35,868 nt of DNA. Origin: an uncultured virus (IMG/VR IMGVR_UViG_3300021438_000002). Taxonomy: Duplodnaviria > Heunggongvirae > Uroviricota > Caudoviricetes. Every line of letters starts with the position of its first letter. Within the stretch, counting starts at the first letter, position 1. Where the stretch lies: IMG/VR virus record IMGVR_UViG_3300021438_000002; one strand, given 5' to 3'. Of this stretch, positions 25,500 through 33,578 are shown piece by piece. The translations under genes and the position numbers were made by a program. Below the pieces are notes generated by a model, which was not told the origin of the DNA, did not search any database, and saw only the letters and a program-made list of their open reading frames with translations.

Positions 25500-27647
25500 T
25501 TACTTGACGAGGTTCTTGGCGATTGCAACATCGACCAGCGTGCGACCCAGACCGAACAACTGGTCGGCACTGGTAATCACTGCGGTAGCCTCGGCTTGAT
25601 GGGCGTTGATTGCCTGCCCCTTGGCGATGCGGTCAGCCTCCCAACTGCTGGTCGGGATGTAAGCCAGTGCAGTCAGCACGCCACCCTCACGAAGTGTCTT
25701 GACAACCTCGTCACACTTGTCAGACTGGTTCCACTCACCATCGGTGATGAAGATTGCCAGTTTGACTGCACGAGCGGAGTTGGCGAGCACATCCTGTGCA
25801 TACTTGAGAGCATGCAGTGGGTCAGTGCCACCTCCACAACCTCCATTGCGGAGGTCGTTGGTTGCCTTGTCACTGGCGTGGTACAGCACTTCGGCATTGC
25901 TACCAAAGGTCACAACTGAACAGGATGCATCCACCTTGTCCAGTGCAGACTTGATGCCCCACATTGACTGGTAAGCCATGCCGATTTCAGAGCCCATAGA
26001 GCCTGACTTGTCGAGCAAGATGACACACTCGATGTCGACTGCATCTTCACGACCCATGTCCCAGCGGTCGAACGCCTCTGACAAGTCCACATCTTCCTGC
26101 ATGAACCTGTCGATGTTCAATCGACCAGCCTCGACCTCGGTCTCCCAGTTTGGGTCGTACTGCACTTTGAGTTGTTCAAGGGCTCTACCGAACTCGTAGG
26201 CACCCTTGCGAGCATCCGCAGTGGTGGAGCCTGTTGTCCACTTTGAGTCACGAGGAGCCTCGGCACGATTGCCGACCAACTGCAACTCACCAGAGATGCG
26301 TGCGATGTCATCAGCCAACTGGTCTCCATAGATGTCCAGAAGATTGTCCAGAGCATCCTTTAGGAGGTCTTGGGCAGACACTGGAGGCGATGTAGGAGCA
26401 TTCTCCTGACCAGCACCAGCACTGTTGCCACCGACCTTGTCAGGTTCAGTTGGGTTGCCATCATCGTCAGAGTCAGAGTCAGAGTCTTCACCCTCACCCT
26501 CGCCCTCACCATCGGTGCCCTCGCCCTCGCCACCCTCGGTCTCACCCTCGGTCTCGGTTTCGGTCTCGTCATCTCCAGAGTCATCTCCAGAGTCTCCATC
26601 ATCTCCATCAGAGTCCGAGTCATCAGAGTCATCAGAGTCAGAGTCAGAGCCCTCACCCTCGCCATCCTCTGACTCCTCGAAGTCATCAGGGGTTGATGGG
26701 TCACCGAAGTCGAAGTCATCATCGGTCAGGTCAGCATCGTCCTTGTCATCCTCCAGAGGCTCCACATCGTCCTCGTCAGTGACTGGGGTGTTCTGTGCCT
26801 TGTCCTTTGCCTTGTCCTGCTCTGACTTCTTCAAAGGTCTGCCAGTAGGTGTTGGCTCGTACTCACCCTTGCCACCGCATGGAGTCGGGTTGCCAATCTG
26901 GCATCCACCCTCCTGCGGAGTCTCGCCCTCACCCTTGCCACCCTCGCCACCAGTTGGTGGTTCAGGAGTCACGCCTACCTCCATAAGGATTTCAGCGTAA
27001 CGCTTGATTAGGGGCTTGGCAGTCTCCACATCCATAGGACTGGTGAATGTCAAGGTGCGGTAACTGTCGATGACTGATTTGAGTTCAGCCACGAGGTCTT
27101 GTCTCTTGAACTTGTCTCGCAAGGTTCTGCGGATGCGAGCGTTGATGAACTTGCGACCACCGACCAGTGCATACTGGAGCGACCAGTCAGAGCCCTCTGC
27201 CAGCAAGTGCTGGTAGATGGTGGCTTTGAGCCAAGGTGTGGTGCTCGGGTACAGTGCAGTCCACAGGGTCTCTATACGCTGGTCTTCCAGCATGTTGAAG
27301 TACTTGTACAGGTTGTTGTCCCTGACCCATCGCACGATGGCAGAGCCATTGCGAGGGGTGAACAGGATGTGACACAACTCATGCACCTGCAAGCCCTTGA
27401 ATGATGCGACCTGCATCGGTGTGGTCAAGTCACCTAGGTGGTCAGAGTTGAATGTGATGGTGTTGCTGGTGCTCCATGCTGGTGCCTCGTGGGTACCTGC
27501 TGGAATGACACGAGCCCTGATGGCACGCTCCGCCATGATGACTGCATACTTCTCGGCAACCTGTGAGGCACGAGCGTGGCGGTCTTGGGTGCGGTCACTG
27601 TGAACTAGGTGCTCGGTCATTACGATGTTCGGCATTACTTTGCTCAT
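25500..27647 (-). CDS. CobT-like VWA-domain protein with N-terminal HExxH region and long acidic linker
   Basis: HELCH and FNMLEDQRIE; D/E/G/S-rich linker; MIDAS DKSGS...GGTD...ITDGE. Confidence 0.85.
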   Translation of the reverse strand: MSKVMPNIVMTEHLVHSDRTQDRHARASQVAEKYAVIMAERAIRARVIPAGTHEAPAWSTSNTITFNSDHLGDLTTPMQVASFKGLQVHELCHILFTPRNGSAIVRWVRDNNLYKYFNMLEDQRIETLWTALYPSTTPWLKATIYQHLLAEGSDWSLQYALVGGRKFINARIRRTLRDKFKRQDLVAELKSVIDSYRTLTFTSPMDVETAKPLIKRYAEILMEVGVTPEPPTGGEGGKGEGETPQEGGCQIGNPTPCGGKGEYEPTPTGRPLKKSEQDKAKDKAQNTPVTDEDDVEPLEDDKDDADLTDDDFDFGDPSTPDDFEESEDGEGEGSDSDSDDSDDSDSDGDDGDSGDDSGDDETETETEGETEGGEGEGTDGEGEGEGEDSDSDSDDDGNPTEPDKVGGNSAGAGQENAPTSPPVSAQDLLKDALDNLLDIYGDQLADDIARISGELQLVGNRAEAPRDSKWTTGSTTADARKGAYEFGRALEQLKVQYDPNWETEVEAGRLNIDRFMQEDVDLSEAFDRWDMGREDAVDIECVILLDKSGSMGSEIGMAYQSMWGIKSALDKVDASCSVVTFGSNAEVLYHASDKATNDLRNGGCGGGTDPLHALKYAQDVLANSARAVKLAIFITDGEWNQSDKCDEVVKTLREGGVLTALAYIPTSSWEADRIAKGQAINAHQAEATAVITSADQLFGLGRTLVDVAIAKNLVK

Positions 27648-27695
27648 TGCATCTCCTTGATTGGATTGGATTGGGTTGGTGGTGGAGGGTGGAGC

Positions 27696-27724
27696 GGAGG
27701 GGGGCACCACCAGAGCCCCCCTCC
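27696..27724 (-). repeat. G6/C6 intergenic hairpin, copy 3
   Basis: GGAGGGGGGC-N9-GCCCCCCTCC. Confidence 0.8.
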
Positions 27725-27730
27725 ACAGTC

Positions 27731-29122
27731 TTAGGCTTGTGGAGCCTGTACTGCCTCGATGTCTGGGATGACGAAGTCACCCAGAGCAACACCGAGGTCT
27801 TTGGCGATGCCATCAGCGTGCGTGTACATCGCATCGAGCACCGCTTGTCTCTCCTCGCCTGCTGGGTAACAGTTCACGAGCATGCCGACTGCATAACTGA
27901 ATGATGCAGGGGCTTGACTCACGAAGTTGTTGAGCATGCGAGTTGTGAATGGGGTGTGCAGTCTCTTCTCTGCATAGGCACCTCGTAACTTGGTCGCAAG
28001 GTCGAGGAGGTTCTCCGATGGGATGAAGTGTGCCTCTATCTTGCGGTCGTACTCGAACTCCCACTTGTGATTGAACCTCGACAGTAGAGCCTCGTCTTGG
28101 TTCTGGGTGCCTCGGTAACCTGTGTTCATGTCAGCCACGAGGATGCACTCTGGGTGCACCTTGATGACTCGACCGAGTTCAGGCACATACACCTCACGCT
28201 CTTCGAGCAAGCGGAGGAAGTACGAGGCGGAGCGTGGGCTCATGCGAGTCAACTCGTTGAGGAGCACGACTGATGGTTGCTGGATGGCAGTCACCAGTTC
28301 ACTGTGCCTCCATAGAGCCACGCCCTTGTCTCGGGTGGCTACGAACCGACCGATGACCTCTGCGATGGTCGTGGCTGGCGTGCACTCGAACTGTACGAAT
28401 GGCACACCACGCTTGTAAGCCTGCACACGAGCACTGGAGGTCTTGCCAGTGCCTGCACCTCCGTTGATGCAGATTGACTGGCTTAGGTTCTGTGCCAGTT
28501 GGTAGGCATCGTCCTCGGGCAGTCCATGCACGATGCGACTGATGTAACTAAGGATGCCCTTGGTCGATGCAGTCGGGGTCTCTAGGGTCGCATACTCCTC
28601 GTGGGTGGCGAGGTGTGACTGGACTGGCAGAGGCTTGCCAGTTGAGTCCAGTGAGTCCTCCAGAGGTGTCTTGGCACGCTCCGCAAGGAACTCCACAGTC
28701 TCCGCATCCACAGTCGCAACTGGGGTCAGCGTGACTGCCTGCGGTACCGACATCGCCATGACTGGGGCTGGCATGACTGCTGGAGCCACCACTGGTCTTG
28801 GAGCGATGGTGCCACGAACTGCACTGGCAACTGCACCCTTGCCCTCGACTGCTCGCACCAGTTTTTGGAGCAAGGTGGTCGGCTTAGGCAGGGTGTCGAG
28901 GTCTCGCATGTCAGCATCGGTCACGAGCACATTGGCGTGGTCACCGCCTCGGGTGTCGATGGCTTGGAAGTCAGCCTCGGTAATCTCCTGCCAGTCGGCA
29001 CGAGCCCCGAAGACTTGTCGGGTGAAGTAGCGGTTCTTGGTCGGGTCAGCAAAGGCAATCAGCACTGTGTGACGGATGTGGTCAGGGTTGGTGTTCTTGA
29101 AGATAGAGGTTACTGGTCTCAT
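27731..29122 (-). CDS. MoxR/CbbQ/CobS-type AAA+ ATPase
   Basis: Walker A GGAGTGKT, Walker B variant VVLLNE, HPEC..VA.MN.GYRGT...ALLSRF, TTRML. Confidence 0.88.
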   Translation of the reverse strand: MRPVTSIFKNTNPDHIRHTVLIAFADPTKNRYFTRQVFGARADWQEITEADFQAIDTRGGDHANVLVTDADMRDLDTLPKPTTLLQKLVRAVEGKGAVASAVRGTIAPRPVVAPAVMPAPVMAMSVPQAVTLTPVATVDAETVEFLAERAKTPLEDSLDSTGKPLPVQSHLATHEEYATLETPTASTKGILSYISRIVHGLPEDDAYQLAQNLSQSICINGGAGTGKTSSARVQAYKRGVPFVQFECTPATTIAEVIGRFVATRDKGVALWRHSELVTAIQQPSVVLLNELTRMSPRSASYFLRLLEEREVYVPELGRVIKVHPECILVADMNTGYRGTQNQDEALLSRFNHKWEFEYDRKIEAHFIPSENLLDLATKLRGAYAEKRLHTPFTTRMLNNFVSQAPASFSYAVGMLVNCYPAGEERQAVLDAMYTHADGIAKDLGVALGDFVIPDIEAVQAPQA

Positions 29123-29180
29123 GATTGAGGCTCCTAGGGTTGGTGGTTGGTGGTTGGGTGGTCGGTGATGCAGGGGGGTC

Positions 29181-29202
29181 GTGGGGGGCGTGAGCCCCCC
29201 AC
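29181..29202 (-). repeat. G6/C6 intergenic hairpin, copy 4
   Basis: GTGGGGGGC-N4-GCCCCCCAC. Confidence 0.8.
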
Positions 29203-29213
29203 TATAAGGGTGA

Positions 29214-29891
29214 TTAGGCAGAGGCAGTCACATACAGTTCAGGGTAGAACCTGCGTGACCAGTCCTCACGAAACGCCTCCTCGTGGAGGTCATTCCATGC
29301 CTTGGACTTCTGTTGCCATTCGTACTGGTCGATGACCTCTTGGTCACGCTTGGCTTGGTGCTCTAGTCCCTCCACGAACTGTTTGATGTGCCAGTGGTAA
29401 AGACGAGACTTGGTCTGCCAGTCCTCGAAGTCTGCACGAGCCCCAGACATCTCCAGACCTTGGAGGTCGTTGGTCAGGGCGGTTGCCTTGTCGATTACCT
29501 CCTGCAACTTGTGCATCTCCTGCTGGAGTTTGATGCGTGCAGAGCCGACCGACTGGGCTGGGTGGTTGTCTGCTGGTCTCCATGCATGCTCTACTGCATC
29601 GAGGTTGGCGATGTCACCGAAGTGGGCATCCTGAACTGTTCGCCAGATTGAGCCATCCCATGCTGAACGCCATGCGACCAGCGTGGTCTCCCATGCCTCG
29701 GCAAGTTCAGATTTGATTGGCTGGGCAGGCAGGATGAAGTTGGCTGGGTTGAGTAACTTGTACTGCTCTGGGGTCAGTTGCTCCGAGGTATAGCCATCGA
29801 GGGTCAACTGGATTGGGTTGATTGGTTCAGCGTTACGAGCCTCGATGCGAGCGATGGTCTCTAGGTATGTCTTCTTGGTTACTTTACTCAT
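29214..29891 (-). CDS. Hypothetical helical protein, first gene of the leftward operon (start MSKVTKK)
   Basis: AAGGAG RBS 8 nt before ATG 29891. Confidence 0.7.
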   Translation of the reverse strand: MSKVTKKTYLETIARIEARNAEPINPIQLTLDGYTSEQLTPEQYKLLNPANFILPAQPIKSELAEAWETTLVAWRSAWDGSIWRTVQDAHFGDIANLDAVEHAWRPADNHPAQSVGSARIKLQQEMHKLQEVIDKATALTNDLQGLEMSGARADFEDWQTKSRLYHWHIKQFVEGLEHQAKRDQEVIDQYEWQQKSKAWNDLHEEAFREDWSRRFYPELYVTASA

Positions 29892-29934
29892 GGGCATTGC
29901 TCCTTGATTGGGTTGGTGGTTGGTAGGTGATGCG

Positions 29935-30008
29935 TGCCCTGTTGGCGAGTCGAACGCCATGACCACGAGGGTCAGTGCAGTGCATGAATGCACGCCAGCA
30001 CACAGGGC
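29935..30008 (-). ncRNA. Non-canonical tRNA-like element
   Basis: Perfect 7-bp acceptor GCCCTGT/ACAGGGC + A; perfect T arm TGGCG-TTCGACT-CGCCA; non-canonical D and anticodon arms; no encoded CCA. Confidence 0.7.
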
Positions 30009-30020
30009 TAAAGCCATTGG

Positions 30021-30276
30021 GAATAGTCAGGTCTGCACTCGTAAGTGGTCAGGCGATTACTTGAGGGGTCTACTCCCACCTCGTGCCTGCACTCCCTGCT
30101 ATTCGTTTCGTCCACTATTGAGTTACCCCACACATCTGGTGGCATGGGCACCTGTTCCGCTACCGCAGTCAGCCGAGGAGCACTGGGCTGGTAGTCACCG
30201 AGGTGACAGTCGGGGCAGACCCCCCACCCGACCCCCCGAGGGGGGTGGGGCGAGGGCGGAATACCCGAGGCGGAAC
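30021..30276 (-). ncRNA. Candidate structured 5' leader or ncRNA
   Basis: Long-range helices GTTCCGC/GCGGAAC and GAATAG-CAGG/CCTG-A-CTATTC with nested hairpins; begins at the predicted TSS. Confidence 0.5.
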
Positions 30277-30282
30277 GAGACC

Positions 30283-30312
30283 AGTATGGCACACATCTCC
30301 ATGCGGTGTCAA
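30283..30312 (-). promoter_or_regulatory. Sigma70/SigA-type promoter driving the leftward early operon
   Basis: TTGACA-N18-CATACT with extended -10 TG. Confidence 0.75.
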
Positions 30313-30408
30313 CACCATTTAGAGACATTCCTAGAGCCCAGTAAACATAAGGGTTGTAGAGGCGTTGGAGAGTTGCCGATGGGCGTGTCTAAGTGCTCCA
30401 TAGGGGTG

Positions 30409-30459
30409 TTTTTTGAGCGTTTTTGAGGGTGTTTTTGGGGTCATTTTGGGGGTGTTTTT
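30409..30459. other. Phased T/A tracts (bent DNA)
   Basis: T4-6 runs starting at 30409, 30420, 30432, 30444, 30455. Confidence 0.6.
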
Positions 30460-31278
30460 GGAGCCTCTGGAGCCCCTCTGGAGAGGGTCGAGGAGCCAGC
30501 GTCAGGCACCCCACCTGAGCCGTCCAGCGACCCAGTAACGGCACCCAGTGACCGAGCCAGCCGATGGGTCAGGAGGAGCCCTAGGAGCCCCTAGGAAGCC
30601 CCTGCACCCTGCCGACCGACCATCGGGGGGTTCGGGGGGCAGAGCCCCCTGTGAGGTCACACAGAGGGTCAGGATGACAGAGAGAGACACACAGAGAGGG
30701 TAATCAGATGCAGTCAGAGAGGAAGTTTTGCTGATGGGTGCCCTGCTTGATGGTGCACTGGTGGGTGATGGCTGGCATAGCCCCATACGGGGCTGTGGGG
30801 CTGATGGAGGGCATGTCAGGTCAGTATGAGGTGGATACCCAGTCAGGGGGGTCGTGGTCACCACGAGGCTGTTATGACCTGATAGCAAGGTGGAGGGGGT
30901 GCTGTATGGCTGGCGGTACAGCCACGAGCCACCTGTCAACTGTCACAGTAGCCAAAAGAGCCTATGGAGCCATCAGCCACGCCATCACTCGGTCACCTGA
31001 CCACCCCTGAACCCCTTGTAAACACTGGGGTCAGGCAGGTGGTGCCACCTCACTGGGAGTCAGGGGGGCAGGTGGTTATGGAGGTCTGTGGAGGGGGGCA
31101 GGTTAGACGAGGTCGCAGGACGGAACCGCCAGATGACACGCCCGAATCACGTCTACAAAGATGACGCAGTAGCCTAAAGTCGCCCCTGCCTCCATAAAAC
31201 GCCCCTGCTCCACAGCCTCCACAGCAAAAAGTGTCAGTTTAGCCAGAGAGACAGACACACACCCGTCATAATGGCTTT

Positions 31279-31620
31279 ATGAGTAATAGAAACCCTAATA
31301 GCACCCTTTCACCGCTATTTCAGCCACCAAACTTCCAAGACGTTAATCAAGGTCCTATGAGGGCTAACAAGGCTAAAGAGATTCTTTGGCATGCCCACGC
31401 TAGGTACATCCAAGCAGGGGTGCCAAAAGACATCCTTGCTGCTATGGAGCCGCACATCAAGCAGGCTGCTAGAGGCTACTACGACAGACATGTCAAGGGC
31501 TCTCAGGATGCTAACCCAGAGCAGAGCGTGGCTCACATTGCCACTTTAGGCACTTTTGGTGGTGCTCCAGAAGTAATCGGCGAGAACTTACAGCGTCTGT
31601 TGGACAAACACGGTCTGTAA
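31279..31620 (+). CDS. Hypothetical protein, probably leaderless
   Basis: CATAAT 6 nt upstream of ATG, no RBS. Confidence 0.65.
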   Translation: MSNRNPNSTLSPLFQPPNFQDVNQGPMRANKAKEILWHAHARYIQAGVPKDILAAMEPHIKQAARGYYDRHVKGSQDANPEQSVAHIATLGTFGGAPEVIGENLQRLLDKHGL

Positions 31621-31622
31621 TT

Positions 31623-31964
31623 GTGCTCAATCCAGAACAATTCAAGGAGCATCTGAATAGTCTTCCTACACATCGCACTGCAGAGGACCTATTCGGCAGT
31701 GTCATGCTAGAAGACCACGAGGACCTCCATGGTCGTTTTGACGAGGCTGGCGGAGATGACGCCAAACTTTTGAAGATGAAGTACAAAAACGCCAAGGAAA
31801 ACGGTCTAAAAGACGACATTTTGAAAAATGGCATTCAAGACCCTATTGAGATACACGTTGACCGTTATGGAGACCAGACTTTGACTCAAGGACATCACCG
31901 TTTGGCAGTCATGCTAAAGCATCGTCCAACTACCCCTATCCCTATTTCGTATTGGGAAGGCTAA
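31623..31964 (+). CDS. ParB/Srx N-terminal-like domain protein
   Basis: LKDDILKNGIQDPIEI...QGHHRLAV. Confidence 0.75.
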   Translation: MLNPEQFKEHLNSLPTHRTAEDLFGSVMLEDHEDLHGRFDEAGGDDAKLLKMKYKNAKENGLKDDILKNGIQDPIEIHVDRYGDQTLTQGHHRLAVMLKHRPTTPIPISYWEG

Positions 31965-32345
31965 ATGGGAGCAAATAATGCCGATTTCCACGGTTACACT
32001 TTTGAACTGCAAGAAGGTCCTGTAAACCACGTCATTACCGCTAGAACTTCTGACGGAAAAAGAGTGGGAGAACTGGGTCTACATAAATTCGGTTCTACTG
32101 CGAGCATTAGTTGGATTACAGTCCACCCTGACTGGAGAAGAAAAGGAATTGCCACAGCAATGTGGAAGCATGCCAATGACCTCCATAACCAAGGTATCCT
32201 AGAGAAAAAACCAGAGATGAGTGGCTTTAGAACCATTGATGGAGATAACTGGGCTAAGTCACTTGGTGAAGACATTCCAGAAAACAAAATGCCACCAGAG
32301 CAGAGCAATCCTAAATACTTAGACAAAGAAGCATGGGGTAGGTAA
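31965..32345 (+). CDS. GNAT acetyltransferase with MGANNADF leader
   Basis: ISWITVHPDWRRKGIATAMW acetyl-CoA motif A. Confidence 0.85.
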   Translation: MGANNADFHGYTFELQEGPVNHVITARTSDGKRVGELGLHKFGSTASISWITVHPDWRRKGIATAMWKHANDLHNQGILEKKPEMSGFRTIDGDNWAKSLGEDIPENKMPPEQSNPKYLDKEAWGR

Positions 32346-32779
32346 TGGGAGCAAATAACGGAGATTTTGCCGCTGGTCACAGTGGAGATGCCAAGATAGC
32401 GTACGAGCCATACACAGACAAAAATGGCAACACCATGCATGCTTTTCAGATGAGAGATGCTCACGATAACCTACTTGGGCATCTAAACCTAGATTCATCA
32501 GGGATGATTCAGCAGATAGAGACTCGCCCCGAGTTTCGTCGTCAAGGCATCGCTACTGCTCTATACAACCATGCTGTGGCAGCGAGTCAGACGAATCCTG
32601 CTATTCCTACTCCTAGACATTCTGGTTCAAGAACACCATCAGGCAATGCTTGGGCTAGAGCAGTGGCTAGAAGGTCTAATGAGCCACTTGTGCCACAAAG
32701 AACAAAGGTATCTCCTAGTACATACGCTATGCGTGCAGCAATGTGGGAAATGATGCTGCCATTGAGCAGGGGTAAATAA
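32345..32779 (+). CDS. GNAT acetyltransferase with MGANNGDF leader
   Basis: IETRPEFRRQGIATALY; HSGSRTPSGNAWA. Confidence 0.85.
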   Translation: MGANNGDFAAGHSGDAKIAYEPYTDKNGNTMHAFQMRDAHDNLLGHLNLDSSGMIQQIETRPEFRRQGIATALYNHAVAASQTNPAIPTPRHSGSRTPSGNAWARAVARRSNEPLVPQRTKVSPSTYAMRAAMWEMMLPLSRGK

Positions 32780-33165
32780 TGAGTGCTAATAACGAAGACT
32801 TTGGTAATGGCACAGGTACTGGTCGCTCCATAACCATGTACCACGGAACTGATGAAGATTCCGCCAAAAGCATCATGGCTAATGGTTTCCGTGACAATGT
32901 CTACTTACACCCTAATCCAACCATTGCAGGAGACTACGGCAGCCACATCGTCAAGGTCACTATCCCAGACAACTTGAAGTTTGAAAGCCCTTATTACTAC
33001 GAGCGAGACCACGATGGCGAAGAGGCGGATGGCACATACGACGAGAACTACTACAGTCCGCACAACTCTGAAAACCCTGACCGAATTATCTACGATGGTC
33101 GCAAAGTCACCCCTATCTCTATGTACAAGCACGATTACGTAACTTCAGCGGGGTATCAAGAATAG
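32779..33165 (+). CDS. ADP-ribosyltransferase-like protein with MSANNEDF leader
   Basis: MYHGT....AKSIMANGF...VYL......A..YG. Confidence 0.6.
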   Translation: MSANNEDFGNGTGTGRSITMYHGTDEDSAKSIMANGFRDNVYLHPNPTIAGDYGSHIVKVTIPDNLKFESPYYYERDHDGEEADGTYDENYYSPHNSENPDRIIYDGRKVTPISMYKHDYVTSAGYQE

Positions 33166-33578
33166 TGGGTGCTAATAATGCAGACTTTCAAGGTGGATTT
33201 GAAGGATTTACGGAGGCGTATCACGTAAGTCCTAGAGCCAATAGGGAGTCTATTGAGGCTAACGGATTTGACCCAGAGAAAAGTCAAACCAGAAGTTTTG
33301 GCGATGACCGTTATCTTCCTGGAGTTTTTGGGCACGTTCATAAAGAAGACGTAGACCCTACGTATGCGATGGGATGGCAGCCAGGTTTATTGTCAAATGC
33401 GGGGGGTGATGTTTACCGCTACAGATTGCCTAACAAAGACAATCAATGGGATGAGAACAGCATTTTGGATTCTGTGCGTACTTCCAGTAAAATCCCGCCA
33501 CACCACATTGAGCGTGTAGGTCACGTTACTTCTACTGGAAAACTACACTGGCATCCAGAGGAGCAATGTAATGACTAG
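33165..33578 (+). CDS. ADP-ribosyltransferase-like protein with MGANNADF leader (GTG start)
   Basis: AYHVSPRANRESIEANGF...GVF...KIPPHHIERVG. Confidence 0.55.
   Translation: MGANNADFQGGFEGFTEAYHVSPRANRESIEANGFDPEKSQTRSFGDDRYLPGVFGHVHKEDVDPTYAMGWQPGLLSNAGGDVYRYRLPNKDNQWDENSILDSVRTSSKIPPHHIERVGHVTSTGKLHWHPEEQCND

Noticed and set aside
26360..27000. Several Ser-rich or repetitive ORFs in other frames
   Set aside because: By-products of the low-complexity acidic linker of the VWA gene.
25411..27710. Longer N-termini in the ORF track for the 24742 and 25500 genes (likewise 29214, 21081, 23719, 22794, 17592)
   Set aside because: Strong RBSs or coupled starts lie at downstream start codons, and the extensions merely read through intergenic hairpins or neighbouring genes.
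24709..29202. G6/C6 hairpins as CRISPR repeats or classic intrinsic terminators
   Set aside because: They are separated by whole genes, have variable loops, and have no U-tract on the coding strand.
30105..30115. GGACGAAAC (minus strand) resembling a hammerhead ribozyme core
   Set aside because: No properly placed CTGANGA partner or matching stem II was found.
29935..30276. tmRNA or a canonical tRNA-Arg(TCG)
   Set aside because: The acceptor pairs locally and lacks the G3-U70 alanine identity. No tag ORF was recognised, and the D loop and anticodon loop consensus is missing.
29908..31164. ORFs at 29908, 30008, 30502, 30738 and 30964
   Set aside because: They have no RBS, an atypical Pro/Gly/Ser composition from G/C runs, and overlap the promoter and structured RNA. 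The region is more plausibly non-coding.
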